This document shows, one piece after another, positions 1-10,082 of a stretch of 64,000 nt of DNA (position 1 is its first letter; each line of letters opens with the position of its first letter). A model generated the notes under the pieces. That model worked only from the letters and a program-made list of their open reading frames with translations, ran no database searches and was not told where the DNA came from. The DNA is from a virus, in IMG/VR virus record IMGVR_UViG_3300032295_000534, positions 148 through 64,147 of that record; one strand, written 5' to 3'. The translations under genes and the position numbers were made by a program.

Positions 1-1614
1 TTCTTTAAAGCTTAAGTCGTCTTTGTTCAACGCATCCATCTTGGCGTTTAAACCATCAATAGCCATCGTGAGCTGCTCGGGGCTGTAACGAGTTGCGTTT
101 GTGCCTTCAGGTAAAGCCTGCGTTGTAGCAAACCCGGGAAGCTTGTTTAAACTCGTAACCGCAGCATGGATCTGGGGCTGGGACATCTGCATAGGATCGC
201 TGATGCCAGTTGTCCTAGAAAGAAAGTCAGCAAAGCTTGGAGCGGCAGTGTCTACGTTTTTGGCTTGAGCAGTCTCAATGATCTGCGCAGGCGTGTAAAC
301 CTCATTGCTGTAACCAGACTTCGTTCCAATCAATGCGTTTAAAGCATCTGTTTCTTTAGCTTTATCTGTGCCGGGCAGCGCATCAATGATGTCATCTAAA
401 GCATAAGAAGTTAGTGCTGGCTTACCTGTAGATGCACGGTGTTGCTCGATAGTCTTGGCCAAGTCAGGGCCAAGTTCATCCATGGTAAAGACGCCCAAGG
501 GGTTCTTGGTCATCTCTAACTGTTCGTCTAAACGTTTCTTAGCAGCAGCAATCTCTTCACGCTGTTGCTGTTGATATTCTTTCTGGGCTTCTATTTCATT
601 GCCAACAAACTCTTGACGCAGTTCTCTCATCTTTAATGGAGAGACAGCCGCACCCATCATGCCGCCAATTACCGAATCACGCACTGCGCTAGACAGTACG
701 CCTTTACCGATGTCTGTGGGAACGCCTGCTTCGGTCAGAGCTACGTTTGTTCCGGCAGTGCTAACCGCAGACTGAACACCCTCTGGAAGAGCCTCACCAA
801 CTGTGCTTCTTGCAATTGCTTCTTTCCAAGTTGGCTCGTCCATCTTGACGGGCTTACCTTGGACTTGAGGAGGCTTCTTAACAGCACGACCCAACAAAGC
901 TTCAGCACCGATAGCGCCTTCAAGCGCACCAGTGGCAGTAGATGCGGCTTGCCTTGGTAGATTCTGTAGAGAATACTCTGCGGCTTTTTGAGCCAAGCGT
1001 TCTGCCTCTTCTTCAGGAACTCCTTTGTTAAGAAGTTCTTGTTTAACTGTGGCGTAGTCTTGGCCTTTCTGACCACCTAGACCAACAGCGCCACCGATAG
1101 TGGCGGCAGGCAATGCGGAGGCAACCTTCTGCGCCGCTTTAGCAGACATGCCAAGGCCGGTAAGTCTGGCAACAGCCGCAGGGATAGTAGCTTGTGGGGC
1201 TAAGAATGTACCAGCCACATATGGAACCATAGAGCCAGCAGCTTGAGCAAGAGTCTGTAGCGGTGCTTCACCAACAGCACCAAGCTTGGCTTTGATCTCT
1301 TCTAAAGTGTTGCCTTCTGCGGCCTTCTCAAGTTGTTGGCGACGCTGAATCTCAGCCTGACGCTCAGGCGTCATGGTTTCACCAGCAAGTTGCTGAATAC
1401 CGCTTAACTTCTTGGAGACAACATTTTCTGCGCCAGCAAGATCGGAAAGGCTTTGAGTTGTACCGGCTACGCCCTGACCAAAGGAAAGGGCTAGGTCTTT
1501 AAGAGAGAACCCAGCACTAGGTTGCTTTACGGCTTCTTGAAAAGAAAAAGACTTCTTGTCCTTGTCTTCTTTGGGTGCGTTAAATGCCTCTTCAAACGAG
1601 AATTCTTTTGCCAT
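1..1614 (-). CDS. N-terminal part of giant virion/ejection polyvalent protein (runs off the left edge; not in ORF track)
   Basis: RBS CAGGAG at 1620-1625, ATG at 1614 (MAKEFSFEEAFNAPKE...). Frame open in all stretches I checked, ending ...MDALNKDDLSFKE at base 1. Gly/Ala-rich hydrophobic segments. Confidence 0.85.
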   Translation of the reverse strand, partial: MAKEFSFEEAFNAPKEDKDKKSFSFQEAVKQPSAGFSLKDLALSFGQGVAGTTQSLSDLAGAENVVSKKLSGIQQLAGETMTPERQAEIQRRQQLEKAAEGNTLEEIKAKLGAVGEAPLQTLAQAAGSMVPYVAGTFLAPQATIPAAVARLTGLGMSAKAAQKVASALPAATIGGAVGLGGQKGQDYATVKQELLNKGVPEEEAERLAQKAAEYSLQNLPRQAASTATGALEGAIGAEALLGRAVKKPPQVQGKPVKMDEPTWKEAIARSTVGEALPEGVQSAVSTAGTNVALTEAGVPTDIGKGVLSSAVRDSVIGGMMGAAVSPLKMRELRQEFVGNEIEAQKEYQQQQREEIAAAKKRLDEQLEMTKNPLGVFTMDELGPDLAKTIEQHRASTGKPALTSYALDDIIDALPGTDKAKETDALNALIGTKSGYSNEVYTPAQIIETAQAKNVDTAAPSFADFLSRTTGISDPMQMSQPQIHAAVTSLNKLPGFATTQALPEGTNATRYSPEQLTMAIDGLNAKMDALNKDDLSFKE

Positions 1615-1634
1615 TACAAACTCCTGTGAGGCTA

Positions 1635-3401
1635 TTATTGCACTGGTTCAAATGCTTTACCATTCCATTTTGCTGGGCCTCTGGCAGTTTGATAAACAGT
1701 TCCAACGTTTAAATCACTTGGCCCTGCTCCGGCTGGGATCGGCTTGGCTGCGGAAGGCAGTGTGTTTATACCACCACCGCTTACGCCAAATGTTTTATCC
1801 AAGTCGATAATAGCTTTGTCATACAACTCTTTTTGCTTTTTGCCATAAGGAGTGTCGCTCATTAAATGTTGGAACCGCTCATCAATTTTATTTTTAGCGT
1901 CAATATAAGCTTTGCTCTTGCGTGCGTCAGTGCCTTCCACAGAAGCTGCACCGCCAGCCAAAGCTGCACGTCTAATTGACTCCTCAATAGACATGCCTTT
2001 GTTTTCAGCCCTGATAGCTGCGGCACGGTTCATGAGATTGTCTTGAGCGCCCATGCCAGCAACCTTAAGCTGGTTCTTCATCTTGGCTTCTTCAAGCAAT
2101 CTGTTCTGACGCAGTTCCTCAGCCTTATCCTCAGACAAGTTAAGAGCCTTAGCAATCTCTGCGCTTTCTTTATTAATTCTGTCTTTCTCGGTTTTAGTAA
2201 GAGTGAACATGCCAAGACGTTCGCCGTACTGAGCTTCTTTCTTCTTAGCGCCAAGATCGAGAATTTTTTCCATCAATGCATCTTGTTGAGTCTGGCGTTC
2301 TTTCTGTAGAGCACCAACTCTAGCCGCACCAATAGCTCCAGACTGCGCCCAGTTACGGCCACCAGCTTGCGCTATTTGACCCAAGTACTCCATCAATGCT
2401 TCGTAACCCTGTTTAGGAGCGTTTAAACGTTCCTTACGGGCTTTAAGCTCTGACGCCATTTCATCGTAAATGGACGTGTCTTTTGCGCCAACTTCTTTTA
2501 AGTACTTCTGTTTAAACGCTTCTTCATCAAACTTTTGATTATCAGCAAGTGATCTTTGCAGGAAGTCACGACCAACACCAACTGATGGAAGCTTTGCCAA
2601 ATCAGTCAAGCCAGCAGGCATAGGAGCGCTATCTCTAGCGGCAGAAGCATTAACGTTTGCAGAAGGTGGACGATCTCCGGAAGTAACAAAAGGCACTGAA
2701 GACGATACTGCTGGAGTACCAGTCATACGTGGGTCTGGTTGACGACGGAAATTAGGATCGGTTGGGGATGGCTTTGGCCGCATATCATCTTTTAGCGCCT
2801 GCAACTGCATTTCTACTTCTTTGGCTTGTGGAGCGCCAGCAGATTTTAAGAAATCAGCTTTTTGTTTTAACTCAACCAGTTTTTTAACGCGCTCTTGCTC
2901 GGCTGCCCGAAGTTCTGCTTTGGCTTCTTCCTCCGGAGTTGGCCCACTAAAACCAGACAATTCTCCTGACGATGGAATGTTGCCACCATTGGTAAACCCA
3001 ATAATTCCACCACCAGCATAACCTTCACCTATGTTAGTTGGTAGGTTGTCAATGCCCTGCGCCTGCATGGGAGGGCGTGGTGCATTTGGTGGGACAGCCA
3101 TGGGCAGTCCTTCTTTACGTTGTTGCTGTTGAGCCTGTTGCATCATCTGCGCTTGGATAGCTTGACGGGCACGCTCTTGTAAGCTTTGAGCAACAGTGGG
3201 CATGTCTGTTGGAGTTTGCAATGCTTGTTGAATACCCGCAGCATTACGGCCTTGGGTGATGTCGTTTAAAGCAAGCAACTGGCGCAGATCCCGTGGGATC
3301 CCACCATTTTGTTGTTTGTCTTTCTCAACTTTCTGAGCCAAGGGCTGAGGATTGCCCAAATATGCAGCTGCAATCTTATTGACTGGTGTAGGTGTAAACA
3401 T
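1635..3401 (-). CDS. Probable internal virion (ejection) protein
   Basis: 588 aa, Q/A/K-rich helical, YAGGG/FTNGG motifs, lies between nozzle and giant protein as in podovirus ejectosome operons. Confidence 0.6.
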   Translation of the reverse strand: MFTPTPVNKIAAAYLGNPQPLAQKVEKDKQQNGGIPRDLRQLLALNDITQGRNAAGIQQALQTPTDMPTVAQSLQERARQAIQAQMMQQAQQQQRKEGLPMAVPPNAPRPPMQAQGIDNLPTNIGEGYAGGGIIGFTNGGNIPSSGELSGFSGPTPEEEAKAELRAAEQERVKKLVELKQKADFLKSAGAPQAKEVEMQLQALKDDMRPKPSPTDPNFRRQPDPRMTGTPAVSSSVPFVTSGDRPPSANVNASAARDSAPMPAGLTDLAKLPSVGVGRDFLQRSLADNQKFDEEAFKQKYLKEVGAKDTSIYDEMASELKARKERLNAPKQGYEALMEYLGQIAQAGGRNWAQSGAIGAARVGALQKERQTQQDALMEKILDLGAKKKEAQYGERLGMFTLTKTEKDRINKESAEIAKALNLSEDKAEELRQNRLLEEAKMKNQLKVAGMGAQDNLMNRAAAIRAENKGMSIEESIRRAALAGGAASVEGTDARKSKAYIDAKNKIDERFQHLMSDTPYGKKQKELYDKAIIDLDKTFGVSGGGINTLPSAAKPIPAGAGPSDLNVGTVYQTARGPAKWNGKAFEPVQ

Positions 3402-3414
3402 TTAAATATCCTCT

Positions 3415-6171
3415 TTATGGTTTCACGCCAAGGCCCAGCGTATCAAGCAATTTTGCTACAGTTGTTGCACCACCAGCGGCAGACTCCAAAAAGTTTGGCT
3501 GAGATAAGTTGTAGTTTGTTGCAGTGATTGGCAAACCTTGGAGCAAAGACTGCTGGAACTGAAGCATCTTATAAGGATTTGCCCTAGCTTCTTCAAACGC
3601 TGCTTTATCAGCTGCGATGCCTTCAGACTCAATACCACGTTGTACAGCGCCTAATCCAACCTGTTGTTGCAACTGACGCAAACCAAGATCACCGCTAGAA
3701 ATACCTAAGTTACCTTGAGTCTGAGCCGCTTGGAGGGCGGTGTTAAGACCAGCCAAACCTTGCTGTGCGCCAAACTGTCTGGATTGTTCTGCGGCTGTTT
3801 GTGCAGATTGACCAAACTGAGCGGCAGACTGAGCACCAGTCATAGCTTGCTGTTGTTGGAACTGACGCGCAGCTTCTTGAGCTTGCTGTGCAGACATACC
3901 ATACTGAGCCATCATCTGAGCCGCAGTCATCCCCTGCTGAGCGCCAAACTGTTTAGACTGCTCAGACGCTTGTTGTGCCTGCATATTACGGGCTTGGTCA
4001 GCGTTGTACTGAGCCATAGCGTTTTGATACGCAGTGTCGTAGCCCTTACCAGTGATGTTGGCTAGGTTAGTGCCAAGGTTACGCTGACCTTCTGCGGTCA
4101 AGATAGCCTGACGACCACCACCAAACGCACCAGCCTTGGTCATTGCGGCTTTGTTTTGCTGCTCAGTAATATCAGACTGACGACGTGCTTCAGCCAACTG
4201 TGGGTTAAGAGATGTCTGCAAGTACGGATTCATGTACTGCTGAGCTTGATCTCCACCAAATGTGCCTGATGTAAACGCAGTATTTTGATACTGACCGGGT
4301 GCTTGGAACTGGTTGGTAAAGTTGGTAGCCGTACCAGCCGTAGGCGCATTAAACTGATTTGTAAACTGCGCAGGGGTGTATGCCATGCCTTGCGCTTTAC
4401 CGGCAATATCTCCAGCAGTTTGAGCGGCAGTGCCTACGCTACCGGGAACTGATAAGTTAGCCGCAGTACCAAACGCTTGTTGTTGCAAAGGAGAAGCGCC
4501 TGCTGTTAATGGGCCACCATATTCTTGATATGGGGCTTCAGCCAAAGCCTGACCTTTACCTAGCATGTTGGTAATGTAGTCGCCAGCCCAGCTTGATGGG
4601 GCTTGCTCTGTACCGGTGACGCCAGCAGAAGCGGCTGTAGCGGCTGTAGGAGTTGTACCACCAGCGGCAAAACTTGCAACAGCACCGCCAGCAGCCATTC
4701 CACTAGATTTTTGACGCTCATCCATCAAATCACGAATATCCCGCGCTTCCACAAAAGCGTTGTATAAATTCCTTGGGGAATTCTGCATAAGATTTCGTTC
4801 AGCAATTTGGGGCAATCGATCTGAAAAATGTTTTTGCTGTTTTGCAAGGTGTTGTGGTGAACGTGCAGCTTTTAGGAATCTTTCAAGGTCGGCGGCAGTA
4901 AGTTCTGGAACTGGAGCGCCGATTGGATTTTGAAGTACAGAGCCGGGGACTGGGCCGTTTTCAACCCATGCCTGTGGCCGTTTTGGCGGTGCAAGCATGC
5001 CCCTTGCTGTCTTAGCCAATGAACCTAAGCCTCGTGCAATGGGTGCGGCAAACATCTCTGGGTGACTCCCCTCAAGACCTTGCTGTTTTGCCAAGTACTC
5101 ACGGTATCTTGGGTTTGACAAATCTCGCTCTTCAAGCACACTAAAGTAGTCGTCAGTTAATCCACCTTTGGCATAACCTTGAGCTAAACCACCGGGCATG
5201 AACTTATCTGCGTTGATTTTCTTGCCTTGTTTCTTTGTGCCGGTACGAGCCTGACGGATCTTATCCATCATGCTGTACAGTTTCTTAGCACCGGCATCAG
5301 AATTACCATTACCTAAATGGGATACAACATCCGCAGGGATAACAAATTCACCATGGCTAAGAGCGGCTGGTTGGTCTTTACCAATTTGAGCGGGGATTTT
5401 ATCTGCCATACCGTCAGTTTCACCTTGTAAATAACGACCTTTAGCCATGCCGCCAACTGCATAGTTGGTTGCAAATTCACTTGGGTTTGCCGTGCGCATC
5501 ATGTTTTCAGGCGCATCGTACTGGCGAGGCGTTGGCGCTGTGTTTACGGCTTTCATATCGTTGATAAGTTGCTGCGCAGCAGAAGTTGGGGCAGCGGGAG
5601 ACATACCACCAACCAAAGAAGTAAGACCGCCACCAACGGGAGCTGAACCTTTAGGCACAAAAGATACATCACCACCATAGCGAGTGCCACCAGAACCGGG
5701 GCGACGGCTTGGATCTGGCGCAGTAACCATGTTACGTACTGCGTCATACTTAGGAATGCCACCTTGGTAGCCAACTTTGTTTGCTTTGGGGTTCAAAGCA
5801 CCGGTCAAACCTGCAACACCGCCACCAAAAACACCTGCTAATGCTGCTAATTGTTTCCCGCTATAAGCTGTGCCAAGCAGTTTATTAAGGGCATCTGTAA
5901 TACCAGAGTTTGGCTCACTTGCACTACGGGGTGTATAGCCACCAGTGCCGCTGTTAACGGTAATTGTGCCGTCTGGGTTTACTGTGTAAGAAGTCCCTGC
6001 GCCACCATCACCAACTAAATATTCGCCGTAATCGCCACCGCCATAATCCGTAATGCCGGGGAAAGATGGCGTTACAGGAATGTCATAAGGATCAAGATTT
6101 GAATATGTTGGCTCATCATCATCTACGTATGAGTAGTTGCCATCTTCATCAGGGCCGACGTAGTATCCCAT
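3415..6171 (-). CDS. Probable internal virion / DNA-transfer protein, multi-module
   Basis: 918 aa; DGMADKIPA..LSHGEFVIPAD segment resembling a conserved tape-measure/ejection motif; Q/A/G-rich C-terminal half (YMNPY, GAFGGGRQA) like pilot proteins. Confidence 0.65.
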   Translation of the reverse strand: MGYYVGPDEDGNYSYVDDDEPTYSNLDPYDIPVTPSFPGITDYGGGDYGEYLVGDGGAGTSYTVNPDGTITVNSGTGGYTPRSASEPNSGITDALNKLLGTAYSGKQLAALAGVFGGGVAGLTGALNPKANKVGYQGGIPKYDAVRNMVTAPDPSRRPGSGGTRYGGDVSFVPKGSAPVGGGLTSLVGGMSPAAPTSAAQQLINDMKAVNTAPTPRQYDAPENMMRTANPSEFATNYAVGGMAKGRYLQGETDGMADKIPAQIGKDQPAALSHGEFVIPADVVSHLGNGNSDAGAKKLYSMMDKIRQARTGTKKQGKKINADKFMPGGLAQGYAKGGLTDDYFSVLEERDLSNPRYREYLAKQQGLEGSHPEMFAAPIARGLGSLAKTARGMLAPPKRPQAWVENGPVPGSVLQNPIGAPVPELTAADLERFLKAARSPQHLAKQQKHFSDRLPQIAERNLMQNSPRNLYNAFVEARDIRDLMDERQKSSGMAAGGAVASFAAGGTTPTAATAASAGVTGTEQAPSSWAGDYITNMLGKGQALAEAPYQEYGGPLTAGASPLQQQAFGTAANLSVPGSVGTAAQTAGDIAGKAQGMAYTPAQFTNQFNAPTAGTATNFTNQFQAPGQYQNTAFTSGTFGGDQAQQYMNPYLQTSLNPQLAEARRQSDITEQQNKAAMTKAGAFGGGRQAILTAEGQRNLGTNLANITGKGYDTAYQNAMAQYNADQARNMQAQQASEQSKQFGAQQGMTAAQMMAQYGMSAQQAQEAARQFQQQQAMTGAQSAAQFGQSAQTAAEQSRQFGAQQGLAGLNTALQAAQTQGNLGISSGDLGLRQLQQQVGLGAVQRGIESEGIAADKAAFEEARANPYKMLQFQQSLLQGLPITATNYNLSQPNFLESAAGGATTVAKLLDTLGLGVKP

Positions 6172-6182
6172 AATTATTTCCT

Positions 6183-9100
6183 TTATTCGGCTTCACCGCC
6201 AACGGGGGTTAAATCAATATCCGTCCCAAACAAGTCTTCCCCAAAAAGATCTTTGTAGGATTTTATCTTAGCAACTTCATTATTGCTACTCATCATTGCC
6301 AACAGCGCTTGCAGCTGGTTGTTTTTACTGGAAGCTGCTTCAGACTGCGCTCTTGCCACTGCATCTGCTTTTGCTTTAGCGGCTGCGGCTGCTTGAGATT
6401 TAGCAAGTGCAGCAGCTTGGGATTGTTGTTGGTTCAAAAGGTTCTGGAATAGCGCCTTAGTCTCCGCAGACTGTTTGCCCAGTCCAGATGTAAGCTGTCC
6501 ACCAAACTCAGTTTCCAAATCCGCAATTCGTTGAGCCATCTCTTCTTCGGATAAACCAAACTCAGCTAGTAGCTCTTCTCTTGTCTTTTCAAGACTACCT
6601 TCAATATCTTCAAAATTACCACCAAACTCAGTTTCTAAGTCTGCAATTCTTTGGTTAATCTCGTCTTCTGTAACGCCAAACTCAGTTAGTAGCTCTTCCC
6701 GCGTCTTGCCAAGACTGCTTTCAATGTCTTCCAGATTACCGCCAAACGTGGTTTCCAAATCTGCAATCCGTTGCTGCATTTCTTCTTCCGACAACCCAAA
6801 TTCAGCAAGTAAATCTTCCCTTGTTTTTTCAAGGCTGCTCTCAATATCACCAAAGTTACCGCCAAACTCAGCTTCTAAGTCCGCAATGCGCTGGTTAATC
6901 TCGTCTTCCGTCACACCCAATTGGTCAAGCAAGTCTTCTCGTGTTGTGCCAAGACTTTCTGCAAGTTCATCAACACCAGTCTGTGTTTCAGCAAGTTTGG
7001 ACTCTAAGCCTTTAGTAGACTCGGTAAGCTGCCCACCAAATTCAGACTCAAGATCAGCAATCCTTTGCTGTAAACCTTCTTCGGTAATGCCAAGCTCGTT
7101 AAGCAAGTCTTCTTTAGTAGTTCCTAGGCTTTCCGCAAGTTGAGCGCTGAAGTCTTCTTCCAGCCCAGTAATTTTTGATTCAATACCTTTAGTGGATTCA
7201 GAAAGCTGACCGCCAAACTCAGACTCTAAATCTGTAATCCGTTGTTGCAATCCCTCTTCCGTAACGCCAAGTTCTTTTAACAAATCATCTTTGGTTGTGC
7301 CAAGGCTTTCAGCAAGCGCATCTACGCTGTCTTGAGTGCCAGCAATCTTAGACTCCAAACCTTGAGTAGCGCCGGTAAGTTGTCCGCCAAATTCAGATTC
7401 CAGATCGGCAATACGTTGTTGCAAACCCTCTTCTGTAGTACCCAGTTGCGTAAGAAGGTCTTCTTTAGTCATGCCAAGACTTTGAGCAAGATCTTCTTCT
7501 GTCAAACCAGTTGGAATTTGAGACACCGCTTTATCAACAATAGACTGCACGTCATCAATTTTTATTCCGGGATTTTCTGCAAATGTTTGAGACACGATTG
7601 ACTGGACATCTTGCTCCGACACGCCTTTGGGAATGTCAATAGAGTTAATGGCAGTCTGTACGTCCTCTGGTGTGGCAAAGTTTTGCCCGCTAATGATTTT
7701 GGTAATGTCGTCAGGCGTGACTGCGGTCTGTTTAAACTGTTCAAGCTGTTTAAGAAAATCATCTAACCCGCTTGGTTGTTGCTGAACCGTGACTGGGTCT
7801 GTTTCTTCTGGAGGGATGTAGCCCTCACCGCCCGGTTGGAAATAGCCGGGGATTAAGCTGGCATTAAAATCATCTGGATCACCGGGGCCAAAACCTAATG
7901 CAAGTTTTGGATCTGCGGAGGCTGTATTAACTGTAGAGCCAAAGGCTTGAGCCGCGCTAAGAAGAGCCGCAGGATTACCGCTATTAACTGCGTTGGTAAG
8001 ACGAAGAGCAGATGCCGCAAGCTTTGCGTCACTACTACCCGTCAATGAACTAGCCGCATCAAGAAGCCCCGCATAGTCTCCTTTGGAATACGCATTTGCA
8101 GCGTTAAGTACCTTTACACCAGTGCTAAATTCAAAGGGTAAACTAGCCCCAGCATACCCAGCCGCAGAGTTAATAAGTCCTGCAACGTTGCCTGTTTGAA
8201 GCGCATTTATACCGCCAAGAATGTTTTTGGCATCACCAATTGGGATTCCAGCAAAGTCTGTAAACCCTGCCCCGCCAGCAGCACCAAGAGTGCTAAGCGC
8301 TGCTCCTAATAAATTTCCTTGCTTGACTGCAATTAAAGCGTTTAAACCTTGAGCAAAAGGAGCTAAGCCGGGAACAAAAGAAGCAATTGATAACAGCGGT
8401 GCAATTTTATCCATGTCACTACTAGACGCACCTTGCGTATAAAAGTACGGATTGCCTTGCGCATCAAACTGAACACCGTAACCGGTGTTGCCTTTACCCT
8501 CATAAGTTCCACCAAAAAAGTTACCCGTTTGGCGTTCAGTGTATGTATTGGGAACTGCTTGACCAGTGGCTTTGTTGCCAAAAGTCTCGCCAGTTTTAAT
8601 CATTGGGACGCCATCTTTTTCAATGACTAACGTTGGGTCAATTGGTACAAATTGAGGATTCTCATCCATACCCATTGGCTGTGAGTACGTGCCGTACACA
8701 GGTTTTAGCTGAGATTGATTAAGATACTGAGGAACCATTATTTGATTGCCTTCAGAATCAGTACCCCCGGGTACTGTAATGTAGTAATTACCATCAGCAT
8801 CTTGGTTAGCTAACTGGCCGTTAAAACCCATTTTTACTTCGGCTTGTTCATACCGAGGTACTTTGCCAAACTGCTTGATATCGGTAATCCCAATCCCAGC
8901 AAGAATCTTAGCCATGTCTGCGGCGTTAGCTTCTGCGGAGCCATGGCCTGCGCCAGACCATTTGTCAGTAATACCTTGACCTAAAATTTGCTTGGTTAAT
9001 GCGCTTGTGTAATCAACTTTTGGTGCAATAGGCGTAGTAGGTGCAGCAGGAGAAGGCGTAGTTGGCGCTACAGTAGGACTTGCGGGAGCAACAGTTGGCT

Positions 9101-9407
9101 GCTTAGAAGGCTGCGTAAATTTAGTAACTTCTAAGTCTGACTCACCAAATATATCCTTCATTACAGGATCAACAGTAGGTGGCGTTGGCAGGGTAGCAGG
9201 GGTAGCTGGTTGGGATGCAAAGAGCTGCTGAACAACATCGGGTGCGACTGGCTGGGGCGTTGGTGCAATTAACTGTGGCGCAGGCTTAACAACCGGCATA
9301 GGCGGGTTAATGATGTTAGCCAACATCTCGTTTTGATACAGAGCATCCTCACCAAAACTATCAGCGTCTTCGTATATGCTTTGCAAAAAATCTCTTTGAA
9401 TAGCCAT
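6183..9407 (-). CDS. Probable virion protein with Pro-rich N-terminus, hydrophobic middle and acidic helical repeats
   Basis: 1074 aa ORF in the structural operon; repeats listed separately. Confidence 0.6.
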   Translation of the reverse strand: MAIQRDFLQSIYEDADSFGEDALYQNEMLANIINPPMPVVKPAPQLIAPTPQPVAPDVVQQLFASQPATPATLPTPPTVDPVMKDIFGESDLEVTKFTQPSKQPTVAPASPTVAPTTPSPAAPTTPIAPKVDYTSALTKQILGQGITDKWSGAGHGSAEANAADMAKILAGIGITDIKQFGKVPRYEQAEVKMGFNGQLANQDADGNYYITVPGGTDSEGNQIMVPQYLNQSQLKPVYGTYSQPMGMDENPQFVPIDPTLVIEKDGVPMIKTGETFGNKATGQAVPNTYTERQTGNFFGGTYEGKGNTGYGVQFDAQGNPYFYTQGASSSDMDKIAPLLSIASFVPGLAPFAQGLNALIAVKQGNLLGAALSTLGAAGGAGFTDFAGIPIGDAKNILGGINALQTGNVAGLINSAAGYAGASLPFEFSTGVKVLNAANAYSKGDYAGLLDAASSLTGSSDAKLAASALRLTNAVNSGNPAALLSAAQAFGSTVNTASADPKLALGFGPGDPDDFNASLIPGYFQPGGEGYIPPEETDPVTVQQQPSGLDDFLKQLEQFKQTAVTPDDITKIISGQNFATPEDVQTAINSIDIPKGVSEQDVQSIVSQTFAENPGIKIDDVQSIVDKAVSQIPTGLTEEDLAQSLGMTKEDLLTQLGTTEEGLQQRIADLESEFGGQLTGATQGLESKIAGTQDSVDALAESLGTTKDDLLKELGVTEEGLQQRITDLESEFGGQLSESTKGIESKITGLEEDFSAQLAESLGTTKEDLLNELGITEEGLQQRIADLESEFGGQLTESTKGLESKLAETQTGVDELAESLGTTREDLLDQLGVTEDEINQRIADLEAEFGGNFGDIESSLEKTREDLLAEFGLSEEEMQQRIADLETTFGGNLEDIESSLGKTREELLTEFGVTEDEINQRIADLETEFGGNFEDIEGSLEKTREELLAEFGLSEEEMAQRIADLETEFGGQLTSGLGKQSAETKALFQNLLNQQQSQAAALAKSQAAAAAKAKADAVARAQSEAASSKNNQLQALLAMMSSNNEVAKIKSYKDLFGEDLFGTDIDLTPVGGEAE
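6490..7500 (-). repeat. About 7 intragenic repeats (SLGxTREDLLxxxGxTEExxQQRIADLExEFGG); last four have a 120-bp period
   Basis: CCAAACTCA-like anchors at about 6502, 6622, 6742, 6862; alternating VTEDEIN/LSEEEM units suggest a 240-bp duplication. Confidence 0.9.
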
Positions 9408-9416
9408 GTTTAAACC

Positions 9417-10082
9417 TTAAGGAGGCGTTGGGCGTGGATCTGGTAACCGCGCAACAAAGTTTACAGCCATTACCGCTGAAGCAACAGCAGGATATGGAGC
9501 AGATGCGGGTATTGCCTCCATCGTCACGTTTGTATCATCTGCGCCCCAGTACATCTCAATGTATTCATTAGCCGCTAAATCAATGTCAAAGATCCAGTTA
9601 ACATTCATGTGGTTGTCTGAGCCTTCAACCGTATACCTATGAGATGAATAACCAATTGTTGTTGTCCCACGCTTAATCCAAATTTGTACGTCTTTGGCTG
9701 ATGAATTGGTGCTTTTTAACTGGGCCGACAACTGAAAGTTATACACGCCACCAACAGTCACTTCAATCTTTGACGTACTGCCAGACTGTAGTGCCACAAA
9801 GTTATTCAGGTATGTCTGGTTAAACGTGATGGGATAGCCTGTGTCTACAGCCGCCAACGTCTGGTCTGCGGTGTTAAAGAACAAACCATTGGGAAAATTA
9901 ATGTTTGCGGGATCAACATCATCGCTAGTTCGTAGCTGGGCAAGAATGGCATCTAGTCTGTTGAAATACAAACGCAAGACATTGTTAAGTTGATCTATGT
10001 ATTGAGCGTTGTACTGGACAGGAGCCAACGGCAAGTTGGGCGCGGCAACCTGATTAAGCTCATATACGGAGGTAACAATCAT
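9417..10082 (-). CDS. Tail-associated structural protein with C1q/TNF-like C-terminal beta domain
   Basis: PNLPLAP..Y..QLNNVLRLYF N-terminus; GVYNFQLSAQL, LAANEYIEMYW strands. Confidence 0.55.
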   Translation of the reverse strand: MIVTSVYELNQVAAPNLPLAPVQYNAQYIDQLNNVLRLYFNRLDAILAQLRTSDDVDPANINFPNGLFFNTADQTLAAVDTGYPITFNQTYLNNFVALQSGSTSKIEVTVGGVYNFQLSAQLKSTNSSAKDVQIWIKRGTTTIGYSSHRYTVEGSDNHMNVNWIFDIDLAANEYIEMYWGADDTNVTMEAIPASAPYPAVASAVMAVNFVARLPDPRPTPP

